From Candidatus Multivoradales bacterium (GTDB taxonomy: Bacteria > Acidobacteriota > Thermoanaerobaculia > Multivoradales > J023), in the NCBI GenBank assembly GCA_965248925.1, contig CBDFLE010000006.1, positions 1,472,001-1,536,000 on the forward strand: DNA of 64,000 bases. The letters are read 5' to 3'. Positions within the stretch are counted from its first letter, which is position 1; every line of letters begins with the position of its first letter. Positions 1 through 10,055 of this stretch are shown here, in pieces. Below the pieces are notes generated by a model. The model was not told the origin of the DNA. It did no database searches and worked only from the letters and a program-made list of their open reading frames with translations. The position numbers were made by a program, and so were the translations under genes.

Positions 1-90
1 CCGGTGGTGATCGACCTGCGCAATATCTACGAGCCGGCCAAGATGGCCGCGGCCGGCTTCCACTACGTCTCCGTGGGGCGACAGAGTTGA
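1..90 (+). CDS. ugd: UDP-glucose 6-dehydrogenase, 3' end (partial)
   Basis: Frame 1 reads [29 protein letters not shown], the typical DxRN...GF.Y...GR C-terminus; lies next to a UDP-GlcA decarboxylase gene. Confidence 0.8.
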   Translation, partial: PVVIDLRNIYEPAKMAAAGFHYVSVGRQS

Positions 91-124
91 AGCAGATATT
101 CGCCGAGATACTGGAGGTAATCAG

Positions 125-1129
125 GTGGAGAAAACTGTGAAGAGCAACACCCACGATGCATCCCAGAGTGCGCCTCGGGCCGTGGTCACCGGCGGTGCCG
201 GCTTTCTTGGCTCCCACCTCTGCGAACGCTTGTTGGCCGCCGGCCAGCGGGTGATCTGCGTCGACAACTTCCTCACCGGCCAGCAACGCAACATCGCCCA
301 CCTGCTAGAGCGGGACGATTTCGAGCTGCTCGAACACGATGTCTCGCGGCCCTTCGAGATCGACGGCGAACTCGACTTCGTGCTCCATTTCGCTTCGCCG
401 GCGAGCCCGATCGACTATCTGGAACTACCCATCCAAACTCTGAAAGTCGGTTCCCTCGGCACCCACAACACCCTGGGTTTGGCCAAGGCGAAGGGGGCGC
501 GGTACTTGTTGGCATCGACCTCAGAAGTCTACGGCGACCCGCTGGTCCACCCCCAGCCCGAGACCTACTGGGGCAACGTCAACCCGGTGGGGCCGCGCGG
601 GGTCTACGACGAGGCCAAGCGGTTTGGCGAAGCGATGGTGATGGCCTATCACCGATACCACGGCCTTGAAACCCGCATCGTCCGCATCTTCAACACCTAC
701 GGTCCGCGGATGCGACCCAACGACGGCCGCGTGGTGCCCGCTTTCATGCTGCAAGCCCTGCTCGGCCAGCCGCTGACCGTTTTTGGCGATGGCGGCCAGA
801 CCCGCTCATTCTGCTTCGTTGACGACCTGGTTGAAGGCATCTTCCGCTTGCTCATGTCAGAGCATCCCGGACCGATCAACATCGGCAACCCGCACGAGAT
901 GACCATCTTGCAGTTCGCCGACGAAATCCTCCGCCTGACCGATAGCAAGAGTGAGATCGTCCACCAGCCGCTGCCTGAAGACGATCCCAAGACCCGCCAG
1001 CCGGACATCCGCTTGGCGCGCCAGCTGCTCGATTGGCAGCCGGAAGTGACGCTAGCCGAGGGCCTGGCCAAGACGGTGGCCTATTTCCGCAACGTGGTCG
1101 CCGAGAGACAGGTCACCGAAACGTTCTAG
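125..1129 (+). CDS. UDP-glucuronate decarboxylase (extended SDR)
   Basis: [32 protein letters not shown] and [10 protein letters not shown] motifs. Confidence 0.92.
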   Translation: MEKTVKSNTHDASQSAPRAVVTGGAGFLGSHLCERLLAAGQRVICVDNFLTGQQRNIAHLLERDDFELLEHDVSRPFEIDGELDFVLHFASPASPIDYLELPIQTLKVGSLGTHNTLGLAKAKGARYLLASTSEVYGDPLVHPQPETYWGNVNPVGPRGVYDEAKRFGEAMVMAYHRYHGLETRIVRIFNTYGPRMRPNDGRVVPAFMLQALLGQPLTVFGDGGQTRSFCFVDDLVEGIFRLLMSEHPGPINIGNPHEMTILQFADEILRLTDSKSEIVHQPLPEDDPKTRQPDIRLARQLLDWQPEVTLAEGLAKTVAYFRNVVAERQVTETF

Positions 1130-1215
1130 CGCTGAGCAGATCTGGATTCGCGAGATCCGACCAGCAGCAACTCGCCAGTCGACTCGAATTTCACCACGGA
1201 CTTCTGGAGGTCCCC

Positions 1216-1476
1216 GTGACCGAGACTGAGAACGCCATCGAATGCAAGCGCTGCGGCCACCACAAGGCGGCCGCCGAGGACGTCACCTACGGCGGTGAAC
1301 TAGGAAATGAGATCCGCCGCCACACTTGTGCCGAATGCTGGCTAAAGTGGCTGGACACCGAAGTGATCGTGATCAACGAGCTGAAGCTCAATTTCATGGA
1401 ACCGCAGTCGCTCGACACCTTGACCCAACACCTGCGCGACTTCCTTCAATTAGACACCGCCGCGCCGACCTCCTGA
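1216..1476 (+). CDS. YggX-like Fe(II)-trafficking / oxidative damage protection protein
   Basis: GTG at 1216 after GGAGG; GELGNEI...CAECWLKW...VINELKLN pattern, 86 aa. Confidence 0.75.
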   Translation: MTETENAIECKRCGHHKAAAEDVTYGGELGNEIRRHTCAECWLKWLDTEVIVINELKLNFMEPQSLDTLTQHLRDFLQLDTAAPTS

Positions 1477-1495
1477 ACCCGAGGCGGGATCCACT

Positions 1496-2263
1496 TTGAA
1501 TAGCGAAACCTCCATCACCAGCAGCGATCGACCGGTCCTGCCGCGCAAAGTGCTGCTGCGGTTTGTCTTGTTAATCGCCTTGGTGGTGGGCGGCTTCCTG
1601 ATCTTGACCCGCACACCGCTGGCCGAGCATCTGACCCGCGAGCAACTGCTCGCCACTCTGGGCGAGCTGCGCAACGCTTGGTGGTCACCGCTGCTATTGA
1701 TCGGCCTGTTCGCGTTAGTCGCCCCTCTGGGAGTGCCGGTCAGTCCCTTGGTGGTGACCGGAGGCGCGGTTTTCGGCACCCTTCTGGGGGGCCTCTATAA
1801 CACCGCCGGCCTGTTCATCGGCGCCGGCACCTCCTACATGATGGCCCGCTTTCTGGGCCGCGATTTCGTCGCTCATTTCGCCGGTTCACGGCTACGCCGC
1901 GCCGAGCGGGTGCTACACCGGCAGGGATTCTGGCCCTTGGTGCAAGTGCGCTTCATGCCCCTACCCTTCGCAGTGGTCAACTACGGTGCCGCCTTGGCCG
2001 GCATCCCCTTGCCGCGCTTCCTGGCCGCCTCGTTGATCGGCCTGGCCCCCGCCACCCTGATGCACACCTTCTTCGTCGCCACCCTGCTGGCGACCCCCAA
2101 AGAGCGCCAGTTACCGGTCTTGGGGCTGTATCTTGCCACCTGGATCTTGCTAGCGGCATTCAGCGGTTTCTCCTCCGCCCGCCGCTGGTGGCGCCGCCGG
2201 CAACGCTACCGCGACCTGCTCGCTGAACGTCGCGCGGCGGGCCGCGACAGCAGTCGCGGCTGA
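1496..2263 (+). CDS. TVP38/TMEM64 (VTT/DedA) family membrane protein
   Basis: Hydrophobic helices; GAVFG..G, ARFLGR, RFMPLPFAVVNYGA motifs. Confidence 0.85.
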   Translation: MNSETSITSSDRPVLPRKVLLRFVLLIALVVGGFLILTRTPLAEHLTREQLLATLGELRNAWWSPLLLIGLFALVAPLGVPVSPLVVTGGAVFGTLLGGLYNTAGLFIGAGTSYMMARFLGRDFVAHFAGSRLRRAERVLHRQGFWPLVQVRFMPLPFAVVNYGAALAGIPLPRFLAASLIGLAPATLMHTFFVATLLATPKERQLPVLGLYLATWILLAAFSGFSSARRWWRRRQRYRDLLAERRAAGRDSSRG

Positions 2264-2576
2264 ATGAGTTCTTAGATCCCAAGAAGGTGGCCTCTCACCC
2301 AGCAGGCACTGCAACCCGAGAAAACCAAGAACAGAGAATGTCTCGGCGAGGTGGTGTGGCCAACTTGGTCAGCCGACGCTGCAAGAAGCGGACAGGTTTC
2401 TTCGCCAACTCTCCGACAGCTGATCGACAGCGGTCACTCGGTCACCCTGGCAGGACGAGAAAGGGTGGGATGAGAACGTTGATGACGGCCGTAACGCATC
2501 AATCCGCACCTCGGATCAGACCCTTGTTCCCCACCTGCAGGCGAGATGTCCCCGCGGCCTCAGTGGGTCCGTTGAC

Positions 2577-2591
2577 CGGAACGGTTCTTGC
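2577..2591 (+). promoter_or_regulatory. Possible sigma-54 (-24/-12) promoter for the subtilase gene
   Basis: CGGAACGGTTCTTGC fits GG-N10-GC, about 120 bp upstream of ATG 2714. Confidence 0.3.
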
Positions 2592-2713
2592 GCCTCAAGA
2601 CGCTGAGATGGCGGGGATCTTCCTCGCCCCCAACAGCCCGTGGCAAGAGGTCGAGACGCTGTAAGGCGTCCCCTTGCGGCTGGTTTGCTGGTGACACAAC
2701 TAGGAGATTGCAC

Positions 2714-5700
2714 ATGCGAAAGCCGTGGTCATTGATATCAAGATTTCTTATTCTGGTGGTCTGGTTCGTGGCCTTGCCGCCGTTGTTGGCTGAAAACATC
2801 GGGGAGCACCGGCCGGGCGCCATCGAGGGAGAATACCTGGTGCTGTGGGATGTGCCACCAGGCAAGTTCTCGGGCCAGTTCTCCAACCATTGCCAGAAAG
2901 CTCGCCGACGACTATGAAGGCGAGGTGCAGGCGGTTTGGCAGTGCGTGCTGCCCGGTGCCGTGATGAAGATCTCGGCACAAAGCGCCAAACGCTTGGCGC
3001 TCGATCCGCGGGTGCTGAGGGTGGAGCAGAACCAACGCCGTTTGCCAGCCACCGCCGGCGAGCTCCTCGCCACCGCACCAGCCAAGTTGGGCGCGGCCAC
3101 TTGTGAGAGCAAGTCGGCTGGCCAACAGCAGATTTGCGATTGCGATTCTCCAGATCCCAACAAGCCATCGAGCTGCACGGACAATTGGGGCCTCGACCGG
3201 ATCGACCAAGCTTCTGGCGTCCGCGACTAGCAGTACTCGTGGGGTGCCACGGGCTTCGGCGTTCATGTCTATGTGTGGGATTCGGGGGTCCGCAACACCC
3301 ACCAGGAATTCGCCGACCGGGTGCTCGATGGCTACGGCGCCGATGGCCGTCCGCACGTCGACCTCCATCCTCGGAGCCATGGTACGCGGGTGGCGAGCAT
3401 TATCGGTGGGGAGACGTTCGGCGTCGCCAAGGAGGTCTGGCTGCATTCGGTCAAGATCGCCGGCAACACCGGAGGCCCGTCGACCGCCGGCTATGTCAAC
3501 GGCCTTGAGTTCATCTGCCAGCATCGGCAGGATCACAACATTGGACCAGCGGTGGTCAACATCAGCTTGAATGAGGATAAAGATCCCGATGGTGACGATG
3601 TCGACGAAGTGGTCTTCAGCCAAGCGGTACGCAACCTAGTTGAGTTGCACGGCATTACGGTGGTGGTTTCCGCCGGCAATCAAGAACTCAGCCCGCTGGA
3701 CTTCGCGCCTTCCGACCAAGCGCCGGTGGACGGAGTGATCGTCGCTGGCGGCATCGATTTCTCGGACCAACGCTGGCGCCGGCAAGAAACCGACCCCGAT
3801 TACACGACGTTCTGTGTTGACTTCGATGATTGTGGCTCGAACTTCGGTGTTGATATCGACCTGTGGGCGCCCGCCGCTTGGATTTACTCAGCGACCAAAG
3901 GTACGGACACCGAGGAGGAGTGGCTCTCCGGGACCTCCTTCGCCTCGCCCTTCGTCACCGGCGTTGTGGCCCTCTACCTGGAGCAAAACCCTAATGCCAC
4001 CCCCACTCAAGTGGAGCAAGCGCTGGTCGCCAACGCGACCGTTCCAGTGCCACCTCTGGGGGACATCGGCCTTTCTCCGAACCGGCTGCTTTACAGCGGT
4101 TTCATCCAGGATAATAGTGCAACTCCATTCGCTCCGGTGGCCCGTTCGGATAGCGCTATCACCGAGGTCGACTTGCCGGTCGAGATCCGGGTCCTCGACA
4201 ACGACACCGATCGCAACGGCGGTCCGTTGAATGTGTCGGCGGTCACCCAAGATTCGATCGGTAGCGTGACCTTCGACGGCACGAGCGTGCAGTACACCCC
4301 CGATCCGGGGCAGGCAGGGACCGACACATTCTCCTACACCGTCAGTGACGGCCAGTTGACCGCTACTTCGACCGTGACGGTCGAAGTAGTCCCAGATCTA
4401 CCGCCGATAGCGGTCGACGACTTCTTCGCCCTGCGCTCCACCGAGACCTTGCGCTTCAGCACCGGGCAGCTGGTCGAGAACGATCTGGACGAGGGGCCGA
4501 TCACTCCCCTCCAGGTGTTCCAAGACGATCCGCGGCACGGTGAGATCCATTTTGCCGGCGGCGTTAACAACTGGGACTATTTTCCCGACCCCGGCTTTCA
4601 AGGTGTCGACAACTTTCGCTACGAGATCCGCGACGAGGCGTTACAACGGGACATCGGCATGGTCTTCGTGACCGTGAGAAACCCTGCCAACGTGCCGCCC
4701 AATGCGCAACCGGACAGCTTTACCATGGCCCAAGGAACGGCGTTGGGGTTGACTTCGATCCAGTTGCTCGCCAACGATTCGGATGCCAATGGCGATCCCT
4801 TGGTGGTGGCTGGTTTTGGCGCGCCCACGGTGGGCTCGATCAGCTGCTGCGGCGTGGTCCAGGGTGGCTTCGGCTTTACTTACACTCCGCCGCCGAGCTT
4901 TGCCGGCAGCGATACGTTCGAGTACTCGGCGTCAGACGGCGTGGCCCAAGACGCAGCGTTGGTGACGATCACGGTGGAAGGTAACAACTGGCCCACGGCT
5001 CACGACGACGTAGCCGAGATGGTGCAGCCTGGTTTCGTCAAGGTGCCGGTGCTCAACAACGACACCGATCCCGAAGGCGATTCGTTGAGCGTCGTCTCCG
5101 TCGGTGCTGCCAGCCACGGCAGCTTGGTGATTACCAACCTGGGGACCCAGGTGAAGTACACGCCTAGCGATCCGGCCTTTATCGGTCAGGACCACTTCAC
5201 CTACACCATCAGCGACCCGTCTGCTGGGATGGACACGGCGGGGGTGTCGATCACTGTTAACGGTGCCAGTAATCTGGCACCGGACGCCCGTGAAGATCAG
5301 CTCTTCACCTACCAGAATCAGCCGCTGACCTTCACCTTTGGTGGGCTGACTTGGAACGACTACGACCCCGATGGCCAGGTCAGCATCAGCAGCTTGAGCA
5401 CCGATGTCAACGGTTGGCTGACTTGCACCGGAACAATTTGCCACTACACACCGCCAACCTTTTTCGCTGGCACCACCACCTTCGACTACACCGTGACCGA
5501 CGGTGCCGGTGGCGAGGATACGGCGCAAGTGAAGATCTACGTCGGCCTGCGGCGGGCGGCGCCAATCGCCGGTCAGGACAGCTTTACAACCACCAAGGGC
5601 AGTGGCTTCGACTTCACTCTCTTCGACTTGCTGGCCAACGACTCCGATGCTGATGGTGACGTGCTCTCGGTGCGCTCGATCAGTAGCTCGCCGAACAGCA

Positions 5701-6422
5701 CCGTCACTTGCTCAAACCCGGTGTATGCCTGTTCTTATCAACCCAACCCGGGTTTTGTCGGGGTCGATCACTTGACCTATGTGGTGACCGATGGCGTCAA
5801 CAGCGATGTCACGGCCGAGATCCTGGTGTGGGTGGTCGGGCCGCCCGATCAACCGGACGCGCGAGGTGATCAAGTCTTCACCTACCAAAACCAACCGAAG
5901 TGGATTCCCTTGGCGGCAATGCTGGTCAACGATTTTGATCCCTTGGCACACCCCCTCACCGTCAGCGCGGTCGACGACTCCGAGGTCCGGGGCTCACTGA
6001 CCTGCTCGACCTTTGGTTGCCAATACCTACCGCCGACCTACTTCGGCGGCTACACGGAGTTTCGCTACACCGTGGACGATGGCCAGGGCAACAGCGATGA
6101 GGCGCGGGTAAGGATCTACGTCGGCCAGCGTTTCGATCCACCCACGGCCGCCGACGACCATTTCTCGACCCCTGCCGGGATGGCGTTAGAGCTGTCGATC
6201 TTCGACCTGCTGGCCAACGATTGGGATCTGCAAGGCGACAGCTTGACGGTCACCGACATCGGGTCCCCGAGCCAGGGCACCTTGAGCTGCTCGCGGCCGA
6301 TCTACACCTGCACCTACACCCCATTCAGCGGTGCCAGCGGTAGTGATTCCTTCGGCTACACGATCAACGATGGGGTGAATGACGAAGCCTCGGCAATGAT
6401 CACTATCCAAATCAGCCCCTGA
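2714..6422 (+). pseudogene. Secreted S8 subtilase (signal peptide, I9-type propeptide, catalytic domain, 8 Ig-like/tandem-95 repeats), broken by a frameshift near 2850-2890 and an in-frame TAG at 3228-3230
   Basis: AGGAG RBS and ATG 2714 signal peptide; propeptide continues in another frame; WGLDRIDQASGVRD*QYSWGATGFGVHVYVWDSG; triad DSG/HGT/GTSFASP; repeated PxAxxD...NDxDxDG...YTP...F.YTVSDG units; 3273-6422 is open. Confidence 0.8.
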
Positions 6423-6469
6423 GGAGGCTTCGCCGTTGCGGCTCCGGCACCAAGTCGGAGTCGCTCGCT

Positions 6470-6850
6470 TTGATCAACCAGGGCGCGGGCAGGGAGTGGA
6501 CATCTTGCAGCCGCGGCGGACCGCTGGTCGAACGGGCGCTCGGGATCATGCAAAACCAACTGGGCGCCGACCATCCCGACGTGCTCAGGACCCAGCGTAT
6601 CCTCGCCGGCATGCTGTTCGACCTCGGAGATCCGGCACGCGCCGAGCAGCTTCTGCGTCAGCAAGTGGCCCGGCGCATCGCCACCGCAGCTGAGGACTCC
6701 CCCGCAGTGGCAACCGATTTGCACCTGCTCGGCACCGCTTTGCAGGCCGCCGGACGTCTGGATGAGGCCGAGACTGCCATGCGCAACGCACTCGCGCGAC
6801 GCCTCGCCGCCACCCCGGTGGAATCCCTGGCGCTGGCTAGCTCCAAGGTC
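6470..6850 (+). pseudogene. TPR-repeat fragment (kinase/NB-ARC-associated type)
   Basis: LGADHPDVLRT...LA.ML.DLGD...AE.LL and VATDLHLLGTAL..AGRLDEAE repeats; no proper start, degenerates at the 3' end. Confidence 0.6.
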
Positions 6851-7099
6851 GGCCGCGCGCCCTGCTGGTCGAGAATGCCGTTCCGCGGAGACCGAACCGG
6901 TGGCCCTGACCCCGGCAGTTATGGCCGAAGAGGCAACCGCCGAGGCATCGACTCACCAGGTCGTCCAGCATCCAGCTAGCGCGGTCCTGGGCGAGGCCAA
7001 GGAAGTCTATCCTGCTCGACGAGAACCACCAGAAACTCGCCACCATCGCCCTGCGGCGGAGGAAGGTCCTTGGGGCGTACAGCGGCGAGGAGCACGACG

Positions 7100-7835
7100 T
7101 GGTACCTGGCAGAGTGCGCAGCGTGCCGCAGCGCGAAGGTCAGTTGGTCGCCCAGAGAGATCTCCTGGTGCACATTGACGACGAAAACGAGAGCCGCAGC
7201 TCGAAAGAGACCGCAGGTTGCTCGCCGGCCGCAGCATCTCGCTAGAGAAGCTGGACGAAACCGTTCGTCGACTCGATGGCTTGCGGGCCAGTATTCAGGA
7301 GAGCGAGCAGGTCCTGGCCCTGGCCCGAGCACGCCGTGGGTACGGCGAGGTCAGGGCGCCTTTCGCCGGTGTCATCCAGGCGGTCATGATCCATCCCGGC
7401 GAGCTGGCGATGGCCGGCAAAACGCTCCTCGAACTAGTCGGCGAAGCCGCCCTCAAGGCGGTGGCAAATATCCCCCAAGTCGATCTGCCGAAGTTGCTCG
7501 GCGTCATCCTGCTTACCGGTCCGGTGGTTAACAACAGCATCGTACTGGTTGATTACGTGCTGCAACGCCGCGCCGAGGGAGCCAGCCTGGAGCGGTCGGT
7601 CATCGATGCGGTGACCACCCGCTATCGCCCGATCATGATGACCGCCTTCTCGGACATCGCCGGCATGCGAAACCAGTCTCGAAATTGCCGTCCGGGGATC
7701 AGCCGCGGTGGCCGAATGTGAGCGCCTGCGACGCGACAACGGTGTGGGTACACCTGCCGACTTCCTCGACGCCGAAGCCGACCTGCTGCAAGCCAAAGCC
7801 AACCTGACTCTCGCCCGCAACGCGATGATTTTCGG
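7100..7835 (+). pseudogene. Collapsed remnant of a tripartite efflux operon (MFP pieces, RND C-terminal TM piece, OMF C-terminal piece)
   Basis: VPGRVRSVPQREGQLVAQRDLLVHID and EVRAPFAGVI (MFP); GPVVNNSIVLVDY...RYRPIMMTA (RND); RRDNGVGTPADFLDAEADLLQAKANL (TolC-like). Confidence 0.7.
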
Positions 7836-7954
7836 CTCTCCTCAACTAGGAGCGGGTTCCTTCGTGGCTTTGTAGATGCCCTGTGGAAGGCGCGGAAAGC
7901 CGGAGACCCCCCGCCCTGCCGCGGCTTACCGCCCCTCCCACAGGGTCGGCGGTG

Positions 7955-8413
7955 TTAACGGCTGCCAAAAAGCGGGGTATTTCGGCTGCCAACCGCGCTT
8001 TTCTCGGGTGGCGCCCGGAGAAGGCGGCTGCGTCGCCGGGGCGCTCGGCGAAACGCAAGTGGTTGAGTGTGGTGGAAATAGGTCGGGCCGACATCGCAGG
8101 TGCAGCAGTAGTACCAGCGAGGACCCTCATGCGTCCAGACACGCTGCGATCGCGCCTTCGAGGAACAGTGATCCGTCACGCTTGCCCTGGCACGCTGGCG
8201 AGCCCGGCAGTGTGCCTGACGCTGCCTGTGAAACTGCCGGCCATGTGGAGTGACCCGATAACGCCGATTCGCTTCCCGGCGGGCTTGCCTGCGCGCCTGC
8301 TGAGCACAGTCCGGGCCACAGTAGCGATTGCCGCGATCGCACCGAGTACAGACCGACACCAGCCGGTTGTAGCGATCACAGTAGAACAGGCGGTGACTCT
8401 TGACCTTTCGCAC
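7955..8413 (-). CDS. Cys/Arg-rich small protein of the type found beside IS21-family transposases (probably a remnant)
   Basis: LFYC..Y..LVSVCTRCDRGNRYCG..C...ARR...R.ANRRY...HGR..H..RQ pattern; association recalled from family knowledge. Confidence 0.5.
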   Translation of the reverse strand: MRKVKSHRLFYCDRYNRLVSVCTRCDRGNRYCGPDCAQQARRQARREANRRYRVTPHGRQFHRQRQAHCRARQRARASVTDHCSSKARSQRVWTHEGPRWYYCCTCDVGPTYFHHTQPLAFRRAPRRRSRLLRAPPEKSAVGSRNTPLFGSR

Positions 8414-8775
8414 ACTCGGAATCCTACCGCCCCGGCGCCAGGGGATCAGCTAGCCGGTTGAGCTTAGCTTCGCGCTCCCGAGCGCGACGATGATGCTGAC
8501 CTGCTCAGATCAGGAAACGCGGCTAGATCGCCGCAATGCCGCGCTTTTCAACCGCCGTTGACACGGCGGCGACTGCGACCGGGACTCAGGCGTGCGTGCA
8601 AGGAGCTGGGAGAGGCTCAGGTGCCGTAAACACCGGTGTTCAGGGCATTTCTCTACCTTTGCCGGCTGAAATCACTCACTGCAAGTTGAGGAGAGTCTGA
8701 TTTTCGCGCGGGTCCATCTGGCCAGCCTCCAAGGTGGGCTCGGCAGCCACTAGGTAACCGAGCAGCTGCAAGTAG

Positions 8776-8804
8776 CGGAGGCACCTTCGAACGGCGCCTC
8801 CGCA
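8776..8804 (-). terminator. GC-rich hairpin downstream of the 8829-9770 gene
   Basis: GCGGAGGCACC-TTCGAAC-GGCGCCTCCGC inverted repeat; no clear U-tract. Confidence 0.4.
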
Positions 8805-8828
8805 CGGCTACAGATCGGCTATCGAGGT

Positions 8829-9770
8829 TTAGTAAACGTGGCAGTGAGGCACGCAGAGGTAGTTCGCGTTGCCCGTCGCGAAGTCGTTGCGGGCGCGGGA
8901 TCCACTGCCACGAGCGTAGACATAGAGGCCGATCGTGCAGCGGATGTAAGCCCAGTCGCCACCACCGAGCAGATAGCTATTGTAGGTGTGGCGGTCGACA
9001 TCCAGGCGCTTGCTCTCGTTGATGTTCGAACCACTCCGGTTAAGGACGTTGACGTGGTTCCACCCCTTCCAGTTGTACTGGTAGACGTTGGTCCAAGCTG
9101 AGACCGCTACCCGGGCCCGCTTGGAGGTGAAGAACCCGTCGTCTGCCCGAACCACGTAGAAACCGCGGAATCGAAACTGCGGAATGACACTGTAGAAACG
9201 GGTCACCCGCGGGCGGTACCAGAAACCAAACTCCACCCACGATTGGTTCTTACCCACGCCACTACCGAACAGGCCAGAGCCAGCACCCTTGGCCCAGTTG
9301 TAGTAATTCTTGCAAGTGCCGCCCGTAAGCAGCGCCGCCTTGGCCGAATGACCGGACACTTCCTTGGCAGAGATCGAGCCCGCGAAGCGGTCCGAGTCGT
9401 CAGCCGAAGAGAAGTCCGCCGTCCAGGCCGGCCGCAAAGTCCTGGCCCCCTTGCCGCGCAACTCGTGCAACTCGGCAGCATCCTCATCAGCCACCACCAG
9501 AGACCGAGATTCCTCAGCCATCCGAGCTTCCGTCGCTTCAGTCTCCGCATCCGCTTCTCGACTCAGCTTGCGGTCGAAGGCATCCAAGCGAGCGACATCG
9601 ATACCGGCGGCCTTGATCTCCTTGAGCGCTGACCGCAAATGCCTCTGGCATCTCTTCTCCTCCTCCTTGCGCTTCGCAGCGAACTCCGCCATCTCCTGAT
9701 TGCGTTCACCGGTGATCTGTTGAATGAGAAATTCTTGTAACTTCCTGCGTTTCTTCATGCGTTCCTCCAA
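8829..9770 (-). CDS. Hypothetical protein (charged helical N-half, aromatic beta-rich C-half)
   Basis: 313-aa ORF with protein-like composition; the true start may be ATG 9758 after GGAGG. Confidence 0.75.
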   Translation of the reverse strand: MEERMKKRRKLQEFLIQQITGERNQEMAEFAAKRKEEEKRCQRHLRSALKEIKAAGIDVARLDAFDRKLSREADAETEATEARMAEESRSLVVADEDAAELHELRGKGARTLRPAWTADFSSADDSDRFAGSISAKEVSGHSAKAALLTGGTCKNYYNWAKGAGSGLFGSGVGKNQSWVEFGFWYRPRVTRFYSVIPQFRFRGFYVVRADDGFFTSKRARVAVSAWTNVYQYNWKGWNHVNVLNRSGSNINESKRLDVDRHTYNSYLLGGGDWAYIRCTIGLYVYARGSGSRARNDFATGNANYLCVPHCHVY

Positions 9771-10055
9771 TACAACGTCTCATTTATGCTGGCTTCTATA
9801 TAAAGCCACGGCACGCCGCCTCCAGGTTACATCCGCCCGAAACTCAACGGCGCTGGTGCCCTTCGTAAGACAAGACGGAAGGAAGAGAGAAAACTCTCAC
9901 CTACGCCGAAAAATATGGCCCACTACACTTTGCCCGGGTAACGATCACCGGCTGAGACTCTCCGGGTAGAGATCGAAACCATCAAAGTAAGCCATTGCTT
10001 TACCGGTGACCTTCAGCAGGTGTACGATTCCAGAACTCCTGACATACCCTTTTTC

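Noticed and set aside
3228-3230. Pyrrolysine or amber recoding in the subtilase
   Set aside because: The position is not catalytic, a nearby frameshift points to decay or error, and no pyl genes are in the window.
8753-8824. Long imperfect hairpin as an integron attC site
   Set aside because: No proper RYYYAAC/GTTRRRY pair, single copy, no integrase.
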